A DNA stretch of 56,388 nt, filler included, from Circinaria calcarea (Eukaryota): assembly GCA_051942165.1 (NCBI GenBank). It is 4 parts of 4 records of this genome, joined end to end, with 100 filler letters (N's around TTAATTAATTAA, not from the genome) between each part and the next. Parts side by side here need not be neighbours in the genome. Positions count along the whole stretch, not along the records: positions 1 to 14,051 come from JAVECS010000459.1; 3 more parts are not named here. One strand, given 5' to 3'. Shown piece after piece: positions 1 to 12,372 of the stretch. Every line of letters starts with the position of its first letter. Position 1 is the first letter of the stretch. Position numbers and translations under genes: made by a program. The notes beneath the pieces are model-generated. The model was not told the origin of the DNA. It did no database searches and worked only from the letters and a program-made list of their open reading frames with translations.

Positions 1-99
1 CTTCTTCCTCTGTAATGATTAGTTCTCGCATACACTGCGTATAGCCATCGTATTGCTCGTGCCTCACATTACCACATACCTTAGCTTTAGATACTTTAC

Positions 100-390
100 A
101 AGTAAAGTATTCTACGGCCTTACAAATAACAAAAAAAACTACTTTTTTTATAAAATTTCAAAATCCATAATTATTACAGATATAAAATTCTGAGATTTGA
201 TATAAAAAAACTATATATATTTATCTAAAATCTGAAGGGATTTAAATAAATTTATATATAGAAACGAAGTAGTAATTTATAATATAAAAATAAATCTATT
301 ATGCGACTGACTTCTATTAAGCGACTGACGAGCACTAACTTGTTAGTGCTTTTGAAAAAATTATTTCGCGAAATAATTTTTTCAAAATTT
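100..390. repeat. AT-rich, TpA-rich low-complexity segment at the contig end, possibly a RIP-degraded repeat remnant
   Basis: Abrupt AT enrichment with many TA dinucleotides (e.g. ctatatatatttatctaaaa, tttaaataaatttatatatag) compared with the flanking DNA. No recognisable coding remnant. Confidence 0.4.
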
Positions 391-545
391 ACCCTTGGGC
401 ACGATTATGGGAATGGGCCTTTATCATACGGGTTATTCAGTATCACTACTTCAGCTGAACCGCATAAGCTCCCATCATTGCTTCATTGGGTCAATTCATC
501 ATTGCGCAGAAGAATTCCCATTTAGCTAGCTACGCTACCCTACTT

Positions 546-2002
546 CTACACGTGCACCGCTTGCGATAAAACCGCCGTCCGGAATGTGATTCCCTTGGTC
601 CGCTCGATGACCTGCTGATAGACGGACTGGGGAGGATGGTTCATCACGACCGTACCGTCCCGGTAGTCGATTTTGGCGTCGACGCGGGTGTCGCGGATGA
701 GATTGACGATCCATTTCTCGCCTTCGTCTTGGTTGAGGCCGAGGCGGGTGGAGAGGTCTCTGGGAAGGCTGGGTTAGCTACTTTGCTTGGAGAGTTCAAG
801 GTCGGGGGAAAGATGGGGATGGCAATGAGAGAGAGTGAGGGAGAGAAATGGGCTTACTTGATGTCAATGCGTTGGTGAATCTTGCAATAGCTTTCCGAAA
901 TCAAATGTCTTGCAGCCTCTACGAATGCCTCTGCTGCTGCCACTAGGAAGAAATCCCCTCTTAGCACCTCCTCCGCCTCGCTCAGCTTCTTCTGAGCCTC
1001 TTCGAAGTCGAAATCAATATATAATGCCTTGATGAAATCTGTAATTGGATCATTGTACTCGTAGCCCTCTTGCCTTACTATCCGGACCAGATCCTTCAAC
1101 TGTTTTTGATATTGACCTGTATTCCGGCTGCGGCTGCGGTTCGTGATGACTGCGGCGGCAAGGTAGCGTAAGATCCAGGGGCAGGCGGTTTGAATGGTAT
1201 TGATGAAGGCGGGGGAGAAGAACAGTTCGCAGATGGTATCACGGGCTGGTTCGTAGTTGAAAAAGGGAAAGAGTGTCCAGTGGATGAGCCAGGTTCGATG
1301 TTGGAGTTGCGCGAGCGGGTTATTGAAGAGCTTTGTATCTATTGATTCCTTCACCTTGTTGATTTCGTCCATGACCACCTCCCAGTTTGTGGTTAGGATG
1401 TCCGAGGCCAACTTGCCCCATGACGCGGAGGTAGCTTTGTCGTTGTCGGTGGAGAGGATTCGGAATTGGTCGAGCAGGTGAGCGGCATCAGCGTATTTAC
1501 CGCATTGGTACTGGAAACGGCCGTAATCGTAGAGCATGTCCACCATTTCAATCGTGACGCCGTGTGACTGTTCGAGGAACTTCAGGTTGGCAACTTTGTC
1601 GCTGCGCAGGTTCGTGACCACGCTTTCGTCGTTCAGGAGCTCGTCTATCTGGCTCGTCTCTTCCGAGAAGAGTTGTAACCTCTGCAGGACCTCCTCTCGC
1701 TTCTTGACGAATTCCTCGGGTATCTCGTCGCTATCGTTGATCTCTTGCCAGAGGTTTGCGACATAGTCGGTCATGTTGGTCTGCTTGAGAAGCTCATATT
1801 TCATCTTGGTAATATTGGTGGCATCGTCGCCTTCCTGGCCGGAGAGAAATTCGAGTAGAGGGTAGATCAGGTGTCGATCGAGGTTGGGGATAAGTTTGGG
1901 TAGGAGATCATATTGCTCTGTGATATCTGTAGGGGTTTGCTGTGCTTGTGCCATGTTGCCGTTCAGCATCGCCCCAGCTGAGGTGGGTGTATTGTCCGCC
2001 AT
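546..2002 (-). CDS. INT6: Eukaryotic translation initiation factor 3 subunit E
   Basis: Exons 2002-858 and 759-546 with a GT..AG intron. Motifs [62 protein letters not shown] (PCI domain). Confidence 0.96.
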
Positions 2003-2826
2003 GGTTGCAGGGTGAGTTAATAAAGGTAGAGGTTGTTGAAGTCTGAACGGGCTCAGATATTGGAGTTCGCGAAATGTGTGCCAAGAAGATTGAAATGTTG
2101 AAACGGCTTACGAGCTAACAGTAATACGGAATATATCAACACCCTATCTATTCTACTGCTCTGTACTTGAATGCCTCAATTTACTATTGACACACCTCTA
2201 CCGTACTCTAAATAGTTCCTCCGCTTATTCCAACTTCTCATCCTACCGACTATACGAAATCTGTAACCCTCTGAACTGTCGTGCTAGCATCCCGAACAGT
2301 GCATTCCTTAACTACAACATTCGAGATCTCAAGAAGGACCGGTACTTTGCAGGAGGCGGAAGCAGGGAGAGATAGGGACGTAGCCCAGTGAATCACCGTT
2401 CAAGAAAATCTGGGTCTCGGATGTTTGACTAGGAGATTACGTTGGATGAGACGGGAAGAGTTCAATGGGGCTACTTACGAAACGGGATGCGGGCTGAAAT
2501 GTTGAGTGGAATTGCAGCGCTGGAAATGTCTGACGGAGAGATACTATTCCCTTGGAATAGAATGTGTTAAACCAGTACTATTCGAGAGCAAAGGGGTATC
2601 TCGGATGTCTTGTGTGCTTGCAAAGCTACAAGTAACTACCTTGGTCATAAAATGAGTGTATAAGAGACGATTTCGTCTCGGCGAAAAGCAACCATTCAAT
2701 CCTTGCTGATCGTTCAATCATCGTCCCCCAAACTCAGTTCAAGTAGTAGCCTCGTCCATCCCAACTAAATACCCTCAAGCTAACAATTCTGGCCAAGTCC
2801 CAGCCACTTTAGAGGCCAGCGTGCTG

Positions 2827-3862
2827 CTAATCTTTCAGAAAAGCCTGCTTGAAGTCGTTCGAAGGCCAGCTACTGGGGACCTCCAAAATATTCTTGTCCT
2901 GGGCTCTGCAGCAGGTCCAGCATTCCTGAACAAATATATCAGTCTTTCGTCATATGAACAATAACGCCATATTGCTATTTAACTTACACCAAACTGCCTC
3001 GGGTACTATGGAGTCTGCATTAGTAAAGAATCTCGATTTGAGAGTTACAGTCTTACCCAGGGCTTCTTGCATGTCGGCTTGTCTTCATAGCATATCAACA
3101 GGCAAACTTCACCATCGTCATCTTCCAATTTATGTGCGAGGTTTTTCTTCTCTTCGATGATATTGATTGCATGGGTTGGGCCACTTGACACAAAAAGCAC
3201 TGAAGAAGAATCCCGATGTGTACAGCAGGTCCAGCATTCCTGAATAGATATATTAGCTTTTTCTCATACGAGCAGTTACGAAGTACTAGCATCAACTTAC
3301 ACCGAATTTCTTTGGGTACTATAGAGTCTTCGTTAGTAAAATTTCCAACTTGAGAGATATATTCTTACCGATGGACTCATGCAATCCGGCTCTTCATCCA
3401 TGCATATCCTTAGGCAAGCTTCGCCATCATCCGCTTTATGCACGAGGCTTTTGTTCTCCTCAGGAACACTGACTGCGTGGCTTGGGCTATTTGGTCCAGA
3501 AAGCGTCGGGACGGTAGTACGTTGTCTCGTGCAGCAGGTCCAACATTCCTAAATGGATGTGTTAGCTTTTTTTAGTATACGAACGGTCACACGATATTAG
3601 TGTTGACATACACCGAACTTCTTTGCATACTAGGAAGTTCATATTAGTAAGATCCTCGACTGGAAGAACATATCCTGACCGAGGGTCTCATGCATGCCGG
3701 CTTCTCTAGATAGCATATTGCTAGGCAGATTTCACGATTACCATCTATTTTGTGTGCGAGATCACCTTTCCCTTCGCTTGGTCTCACTGAAACTGTATAC
3801 GAAAGGGGAGAAGCCGTGGCCAAGGTGGCAAGGGTGGCCGCTCCGATCATTGTAAGCTTCAT
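2827..3862 (-). CDS. Secreted cysteine-rich protein (232 aa) with three tandem C-x3-C-x6-C-x11-C-x2-CC modules
   Basis: Exons 3862-3680, 3629-3612, 3548-3369, 3318-3301, 3239-3057, 3005-2988, 2925-2827. All introns are GT..AG and phase 0, with CTAAY/CTGAT branch sites. Signal peptide MKLTMIGAATLATLATA. The spliced frame is open to TAG at 2829-2827. Confidence 0.88.
2905..3760. repeat. Three diverged tandem copies (~310 bp period) of an exon-intron-microexon-intron unit
   Basis: cagcaggtcca(g/a)cattcct recurs at ~2909, ~3223 and ~3532. Intron sequences are also visibly homologous between copies. Confidence 0.9.
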
Positions 3863-6402
3863 CTTGCACTTCGGATATAGTGGCACAGGCCTGTGCTGGG
3901 AAATATTATTTTTGCTATGGGTGTAAGTCGAAACGTCCGAACGGTCGAGCCAGGTTTGGACAGACAGGATGGATTTGATTTATACATCTAGACTCGAGGG
4001 AGCAACTTAGATTCGGAGTGAACCAAATCGATCGGGACACTGCATGTGTGCAAACTATTGGTGTGCAGAAAATTCTCCGCTCCATGCACCTTGTACGTAA
4101 ACTGCCGCCCCTTTGTATCCAGTCAGAGCCTTGAAGCAATCATTGCAGATCATTCATAGGCTACAAGACCTCCGTATTCATGCAGACGGTGCGGGCACGC
4201 GGTTCATCTGCATCTGGAAAATAAGACACGACATGGTACCGAGAGGTAAACCTGGCTGATCGCAGATGATTGGGGCTTTATAACAGTAGGAAATCATTTC
4301 GGAAATGAGTGCCATGTAGAGCTACTGCAACGGAAGTAACTAACTACTAAAGGTGGAAATAGCATGGAAAGATTAATACACAAAAGGTAAGAAATGAAAC
4401 CGGTCTGCAGGATGTAAGCCTAAAGGCAAAAGGACATGCCAATAAATACGGATCGAGATTGACCGAGTTTAGTCATTCGTAATTGCCATTGAGGCGCTGA
4501 CGAAATGTGGTCTCGACCCAGCTACCTAAGCCAAACATGGCGGCCCGTTTTGCAGATTGGATGGCATTACCTTACCTTAGTCCAGCTTGAAGCTTACGCC
4601 CAGCCGTCATTTTTCTCACGAGGTATACGGGTTAAGATTTCATGTCTGGGTCGGGGGAGATCCTGTGATGGAACTGCAAACACTCCCTCGTGCAATTGGC
4701 TTTTCGTGAAGGAGACGAAAAATGGTGAAAAGGTGAAACGTTGGCTCTACTCCATTGGAGCTCTATGGATGCCAATGAATAGTCGGCGTTCCATGGCACC
4801 AGCAGTTCTGAGAGCGTCCTCTCTGTTGACTTGGAGTGCGCGTACGGAGTAGGTACGAAGTACATGTGAATCTTTCGCCTTGATGCGGTAACTCGGAAGC
4901 ACGACCAGTTCGCCAATCTCGATCAGCCGAAGCCCCCCCAACGGGTAGCGCGGAATTAGAATTACTACCGTACGGCTTACATGCACCTTTACCTTTGTAG
5001 GAGGCACTTCAGCAACGAGTCGATTTGGTACCTATACTCCGTACGGCCCAGCCAAGCCATTGCAGGAGTTTCCCATGCATCTCCACACGAGCCTGCAATG
5101 GAGCTTATGCCGGGTCTCGAGGGGGCATAGCTTAACCGTTGCTATCTTAGCTGGCTTGGGGTCTTGGAGCCCTGTATGTGACCATATACACGACTTGTCA
5201 TCATCCCTCTTCAAGGTGCTAAGGGGACGGGGTTTGCGCAGTCTCGAACTAATGATCCAGGCCACGGATGTGAATTGAAACGCCGCCTCGAGTATTAGGC
5301 AGTCGCTCTTCGAAAACATCTCTATAGACGCCAAGTTGGTCCTTCTAATCGTAGTCTTCGGATTGGTCCCCATAGAGATGATCGAAATACTTCCCAGCGA
5401 ATACCTCCTAATATACTACTCAATAATTGACACGGAGTGTCCGTTTTTATTGATTGACGATCGGTCGATCGCGTCAGTCTGACTGAGTCGGTTGCAGCTC
5501 AATGATGCTCAGATGGTAAGCGGACGATGGTTCAAAACTGCCCCGATCTGTTGGGAAGTGCCAATTCAAGTCACCCATGCCAATTCCCTCGCCATATCTC
5601 CCCTACTAGCCGTTATTCGTTCTTTTGTTTCCCTTTTAAGGTCTTAGTCTAATATGTTCTCAAGGAGGAATACTCGCATAGCCATTATATTCTTTTCCAC
5701 TGTAGATCTCGATCTATCTCTTCTCGTGTACGCTTTCATCTGCATATAGGTGGGCTAAGAAAGAGTTCCGATGTAAGGGTGGCTAGGGCGTCCATTGGAA
5801 CCCGTTCTATGATAGGGTAGAAATACAACAAAAAGGCAAGATGCTGTACATACTTTCTGGCACTCCGGCATGCGAGGCCGTGCGGGGAGACTTGGCATCC
5901 CAGACTGACCCTCGTATTTATGCACACCCAAGGGATTTAATATAATCTGAATAGGTAACACTTGGTAGAAGCACCAGCTGGAGGGGTAATATAGAGATAT
6001 TGTCTGTTCCCAGGCTTGATCCTCACTAATCACGCTGGGCATCACATCTTTGTCGACCAGGGTCGTCGAGAGGGTGTAACAATCTTTGGCCGAGAGGAGC
6101 CCAGACATGGCGGGCGTATTACTTATGCACTCACTTTGAAGCTGGACATGGGCGGCGGTGCGTTGAGGAGTCGATGATTGATCTTACTCCGCAACACCGG
6201 TGACCAGATGAGATGCATCACCGATGTGGATTTCCTGCTTATGGGAGGGCTTGCGAGTGAGCTCGGGCCACACTTTTTTCCTTGCCGAGATTTCGCGGCT
6301 AGCGGAATGGCGCTAAGGATAATAGCCGGTGGAAGAAACATCGATACGAACTTATAGCTAGTCGGTACAGAAATCGCAAAATTCTTCAATTCTCAGTAGA
6401 CA

Positions 6403-6965
6403 ATGGCACCCCCATTTCTACTATCTTTCCTGTACCCTCGTCATCCTCCGCGACTGTCTTTGATCCGAAGCTGTCTCCGTACCATATCCACCACTCGCCC
6501 TTTACGGCAAGAAGGTATAGATAGCTAGCTGCCCCCATTCAGCGGACCTTACCTCGTAAAAAAAGAAATAGCAAATCCTGACATCGTATTTTCAGCGTCA
6601 GCCATCACCGCGCCTCCCCAACCCCAAGGCCCCTCACAGGTAACCTCCTCCGTCCTCCCCACCTACCACGTCAACCGTACACCCTCCCAGCAACTCCCCG
6701 TCTACCACCTCGCCAAGCGCGGCGGGAACCTCAAGCAAACGCGGATCCGGAAGATCAGCGGGGATGTCGCGAGTCTGCGGCAAGATCTCCAGCAGGCGCT
6801 GGGCTTGAGGGAAGAGCATATCGTGATTAACCAGTTGACCAAACATATCATTATCAAGGTAAGAAGTAATGGAGCGGAGCTTTCCTTCCTTGGCTTATGA
6901 TTGGGATGATCTAGGGTTGGAAGAAAACGGAGGTAGCCAAGTTTTTGCAGGAGAAACGGTTCTAG
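6403..6965 (+). CDS. IMG2: Mitochondrial large ribosomal subunit protein mL49 (Img2)
   Basis: Three exons. Arg-rich presequence MAPPFLLSFLYPRHPPRLSLIRSCLRTISTTRPLR, then YHVNRTPSQQLPVYHLAKRGGNLKQTRIRKISGD...HIIIK/GWKKTEVAKFLQEKRF*. Not in the ORF track. Confidence 0.9.
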
Positions 6966-7522
6966 AGGGGCCACATAGGATCCACGAATTGTTGCGGGAA
7001 TACCCCCAGGAGGTTGAGATGGTACGGGGCTATCTACAATCGACACCAAGAGGGCCGTCATACGGGGGTGCCGCTTAGCCTCGATTTCCTGGACCGCTTG
7101 GCGCAAATCTAAAGGATGGCCAAAGCTGACATTTGAGTATCGCGGGAAGCCGATATACCAAGATACAAACTTACTGGCCTTTATAAGTGAGCTTGTCGGC
7201 GCCGAATACTTGGCTTCCGTTATCAGAGGGGGTTGCCTCCTAGCATGATATCGGGAAAGCACGGATGGTTGGGTGGAACCGCTTTGGTACTATATTGAGG
7301 CTTCGTCTCTAAAAGAAAATTTGGACAGAAGCCATTGGAATGGGTGAAGGCTTGATCAGTCCGGCTCTTATTCTGTGTAAAAAAATCTAGGTAGCGTCCC
7401 CGAAAGGCTAACATGGTTACCGCTGTTGCTTCATAAACAGGCCGTACTTTGCTATACTCACATCCAAAACGCGCCTCGCTATGCCATGCGGATTTAAAAG
7501 TCACTCATTTGCAGCTGTTTGT

Positions 7523-9860
7523 TCAAGTCTCGAGGACAACTCCTCCTAGTCCCATCCGCATGTTTTCCACCGTCTTGGCCCCTACTCCCTTCAGCCGTCC
7601 CAGCTGTCCAAGGCTGCCAATCACTCTCTCTCCCTTCTCCTCCTCCTCATCATTCTCACCTGTACACAATGCCTCTATGATGACTTCTGCCTTCTTCGCT
7701 CCGACGCCTTTGAGTAATCGGATCTGCTTGATGTCCCTCGTATTAATGATGCCTAGGAGGTGCTTCGTCCGAGGCGTATGGACGATATCTGGTTCCGAAT
7801 GGGATCGTGCGATGGTTAACCTCGTCCTCGAACGTGGTCGATGGATTTCTTGGGCTTTTGGCCGATAGCGGAAGCCATCATGAGAACCGTCTTCCAATTC
7901 ATCTGATGAGATCCTAGAGTCCTTAAACTCAGCCTCGGCTTCGGGGTCGTCACAGACTTTTACTTCCAACCCTCGTCTGAGGACTTCGCTGGGTAGCCTC
8001 GTCAAAGATGGTGGCTGTATATCTGGACTTTCTTGCTTCTGTCGTGTCGATTCCTTCTTCTGCCTGAGCTGCTGTCGTAGCTTCAGAATCTTATTTTCAA
8101 GCTTTGCATTGTCTGGGAAATGCTCCTTGGCAAGTTCATACATCTTCAAGGCACTCGTTGCCTCTCCTCTTACATAATGTTGCTTGGCCATCAAGAGGAA
8201 GGTTAATCCTTCGGCTCTGCTGTCACCATTACCTTCGATCTTCTGCTCCAGCGATTCTAGTCTCTGCTGTACTTCTTCGCTGAGAACAGAGACGGCTGCT
8301 TCCGATGGTTGGTCTAAGGCACGAGACGCAAGGATCTCGCTGACTTTCCTCTCAATGATTTCTTCGATGGTGGCTTTGGACATGGTAGGTTGTGCTCTCC
8401 GTATCGGAGAAGGGCTTGGACGAGCAATCTTAGAGGGCCGTGATGCTGCGGATGTGAAAGTTTCAGAAGGCCGCTTTAACGGCGAGGAGCGGAGATGAGT
8501 CTCAAGTTTGCGTGTTTGGTAGGATGTGTTGGAATGTCGAGGTTTTGACATATCAGAATAGACCGAGAAAGCTTTCAAAGGCTTATCGCCCGTCTTCGAC
8601 TGGTGAGTGGTGGTATTGATAGCGGCATTATGTACGGCGCTTGCCAGTGGTCTCAATGGCTGGCGCTGCATCGAGCACACATTGGAAGATGGCAGTGTTT
8701 TGGAGTAGGTGTCGAGGTTTGGCTCATTTTCGAAGACTTTAATTTCAATCTTTTTGGTTCTATTTGCGAAGTTCAAGGAACTGAGGGTGTCAAGATGGTA
8801 AGATCTAACTGGTGCAAGATTCAGAATCATGATTGTAAGTCCGTTATTCTGACCAAGGGATAGGATTCTCGTCATCTTTGACTCGCGGTAAGGAATCCGG
8901 CTCTGCTTCTTACTGATGGCTTCGACACACTGAGCAAGTACGAACAAACTTTTGTTGATACTGGCGGACTCCACCAGTCTTTCCTTGCCATTACCAGCCC
9001 TCCGGTTATCTTCGGAACCGGCAAGATCAATTGCAGATGCCATACTGACCCTTGTTTCTTCTGCTGTAGAGACGGCAACCTTGACACATAAGATTGCATG
9101 CGATCTAGACGAGTGTGCATTAAGCTACAGTATTTGGTTAGTGTGCGCCTGGACTGACTCCGAGGTATGTCATACCTTCGTCGCACTGGTTGAGCGATTG
9201 ACGTTCGCCTCACTGTATAGCTTCTCGAACTCTTTCAGGCTCTCACATGGCCTCTCGGTCAATCCAACTACCACGGTCTTTCCGCCATTGTCACGCAACT
9301 GCAATCCCGTCATTGTCCTCTTATCCGGAGCCTCAAACAAATCAAAGACCTTGTCATTATATATCTCGTAGTAACTCATAGTAACGTTCACGGTAGTCTC
9401 GTTCTTGGCGTCCTTCTCTATCTTCCTGCTTCTCCTGTAGATGCCGCTGAGTAACCGAGGAATAACACCACGTTCTGCCAACGTCTTACCGCCTCGCATT
9501 GTGTGAGTCTTGCCGGTACCAGTGACCCCGTAAGCGAACAGCGTAATATCGAAGCCATTGAAGAGGTGTTTAACGGTAGGTGACACTGTAGCCGTGATCA
9601 ATCCTACCAATCAACATGTCTCCCAAGCGCAATAACTACCTACCTTCGTTGTCAAAAATATCCTGCTGCGTCGCCTCGGGCCCATAAACACTGTTGAATT
9701 GGAAGTTGAAGTTCTCGTTATCGTTCTTTGGATTGGGAACGCGCACAACAGTCGGTTGACTCGACGGTTCACTCCCTGCACTGACTGCGGTGACTATAAC
9801 ATCCTTATTGAGCTCCGATTGCAAGAGTGGCCGCACGCGCGCCACAACACGTACAGACAT
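7523..9860 (-). CDS. Kinesin motor protein with C-terminal helix-hairpin-helix motifs (kinesin-10/KIF22-like)
   Basis: Exons 9860-9644, 9585-9176, 9124-7523. MSVRVVARVRP, P-loop AYGVTGTGKTHTM, switch motifs NAHSSRSH and DLAGSE, RIPYRESKMTRIL. C-terminal LKGVGAKKA / LKGVGAKTV HhH repeats. Confidence 0.92.
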
Positions 9861-10371
9861 GGTGTCTTTAGCAGTATTCTACAAAACTCAGGTCTCCGCA
9901 AAAAGTAGTTCAGCACATCATGAATTGACGGCGAACATGGGTCGTGAGCTTGGCACTCTCTGGGGAGGAGGTCGGCTCGTTTGTTGTCTCGGTGCAACTT
10001 CGGCTGTTGTCGGGAGAACAGCTGGGATTTTAACCGTCGAGTGCTGCCCTACTCCAAATAACACACCTATATCTTTGTATTAAGTCGCAACTATTTAAGG
10101 AGAGCAGTTGTACTTGGTATAGGCCGAATTGGAGTTGATGTAATAGGTCATAAACAGATACTGCCGCCAAAGCTGTGCATGAGTAGGTTGCTATACTACT
10201 CTGTAGTCACCGATATCACGTCATCCTCTTGGTAATTCAAGCCAGCGTCAGGAGCTCTTTAATACCTTGAAAATGGTAGTTTGAATGCGTTGAGAAATAA
10301 GAAAGATCTTAATCTAAGGATGCATATGTAGGATTGGCAGTTTTGCACCTCGCCGACCAACGTTATCCCAC

Positions 10372-11463
10372 TCATTCATCCGCCATCGGATCAGCTGGCG
10401 GCTCATCAAATTCCACTACCGGCCTGTCCGTAGGCCTTGGGAAATATCCTTTCGAAAAGGAAGGAGCAACGATTCTATGATCCGAGGCGTATTGAAGTAC
10501 GGCGTCAAAATCCCTGCACTGGTGTTGCACGTTGAAATTTGGGTGAGGAGCAAAATGACCTTTGATCCAGTTATAGGTGATGATGTTCGTATCGGCATCA
10601 CATATTAGCTTCTGGCGGAGGATATCTGTGCAGTGGTCTGTAGGATTCGTCAGTGAGCTTGAACCCCAGATAGCCAGTACTTTTGGTCGGAATTTACCAA
10701 TGTGTTTATGCCATGCTTCAGGATGCTCCCTAGAGTAGCTAGATGATGCGGTATAGTAATCTGGATAAGTTACCTCCCAGAGACTTTGCTACAATCTAAC
10801 TGTTAGCTAGGTTGAAACTTTCCGGGATTCTGTGTGAAGTTACCCACCAGGCAATGGATCTGGTGAATGGTTTCGAATAAAGCCAAACGACCGCCACCCA
10901 ATTCAAGGGGCACCTTCACCGCATGCTTCGACGTATTCAGTTGCTGGAGAACCTCTTCTGTGATGCTCATAGCACCGACTATTAAATCCATGTTAGCACT
11001 GTTTAAACTCCAAAAGCAGATCTCCATACGATGTGTTAAGCTATTCCAAGCCTTATCAACTGTAGGTGAAGGCGGCCCCTTAAAATTTGAGGACTGATCA
11101 AAAGTCCCGTTGAACCTCACGTTTCTGTAGGTATCGGGAACTGAGCCCATAATCAGGGCTAGACATGGCAAGTAGTTAGCGTGCTTAGCAGTACCTACGA
11201 TCTTATATATAACTTTACTCACACCATTTTGTATGCTGTGTTAAGCAGTCTTGCGGGATCGATTTCTTGAGAATAAAGGTAGATATCAGCATTGCCCCAG
11301 AGATCGAGAATAATACAACGTGTATTATCCAGGGTATTGCTTTTCTGAACAAGTTCGATGCCACTTGATGCTGATTTTGTAGGTCCCCCGTATGTCCTAG
11401 TAGAGATTCTTCTCCATCTTCTGTGTTCTTCAAACATGCCGTCGAGAACGCTTCATATTCCAT
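10372..11463 (-). CDS. DUF3328 / UstYa-family oxidase (285 aa), single N-terminal TM helix
   Basis: Exons 11463-11223, 11158-11030, 10978-10848, 10788-10698, 10637-10372. TM segment WIIHVVLFSISGAMLI, F-x-GPPSPTVDKAW, two HxxHC motifs (HQIHC, HIDHC), then ILRQKLMCDADT and PNFNVQHQCRDFD. Confidence 0.92.
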
Positions 11464-12372
11464 AATGCAGAACTTATCTATACAGTCAGATCTTAAACAC
11501 GGTTCGGGCCGGGTATGGTCAATAAATGAACTTCTATGCCGGGCGCATCAAGCTGGGAAAGCGGTCGGATAGGCGACGGCCGTATCTTCCTGTTCCTATC
11601 ATGCAACGAAGAAAGATATTCTGACGCCAACTCTTTCATGTCTGATAGGAATCTAAAACCCACCCATGCCACACTGACCATCCTAAATGGATGGAATATC
11701 TTGGCTAGAACGGTGAGCAAGCTGAGTGGGGTGGAAGATCTGGAATCATTTCCGATGCCTGGTCCATGGTGGTTGCATATAGACTTTGGTATCCATGATA
11801 GACGGTCTAACAATCCCTGCTACATCCTTTTCTGTTGATCTTTCCCGGAAACAGAGGCTCTGCATGACGCGCAACACTGTATTTGGGTAAGGCAAGAGGG
11901 ACGAAGAAGGCAAGATGGGCATCAAACGGTCTCGGTGCAAAGGATTTGCATTCTTTCATGTAAGAGTATGTGAGAGGGAGGCACAGAATCATGGAGTACC
12001 AGTCAGAATAGAATCAAAGAACCGGACGAGGCCTTGAAAAGGGAGTCAAAAGCGAGACATGACAAGACACAGGCATTAAGATGCAAAAACCACAAGCTAT
12101 CTCGACAGAATGGGAACAGCAGCCTAACGGGACTAGCAGGCCCTTAAGCTGTTATTGTGGGCACGGCTACGCTAATGCAGGCAACCCATTGTTAGTCCTA
12201 TCTCTCTTGCATTGCCAAGTGGCTTTGACGAGTGATTCTCCTGTTACCGATTTTACTTGAAAAGCAAACGGAACCTGCTTGTTTTCAACTCTTTCATTGA
12301 CCGTGATCCTTCTCTGCAAAGACATACCTTTTCCAATCCCAGTACTCGATTTCTAGTCCGCGAGCCACTAAG

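Noticed and set aside
2905..3760. CRISPR-like or transposon repeats
   Set aside because: Eukaryotic context, and the repeats resolve fully into exon/intron units of one protein-coding gene.
6702..7262. 186-aa minus-strand ORF
   Set aside because: Antisense to the IMG2 exons and 3' UTR, with no motif.
10979..11029. In-frame, stop-free 51-nt intron in the DUF3328 gene as a regulated retention event
   Set aside because: Canonical GTATGG/GCTAAC/TAG signals. Short 3n stop-free introns arise often by chance, and there is no evidence of retention.
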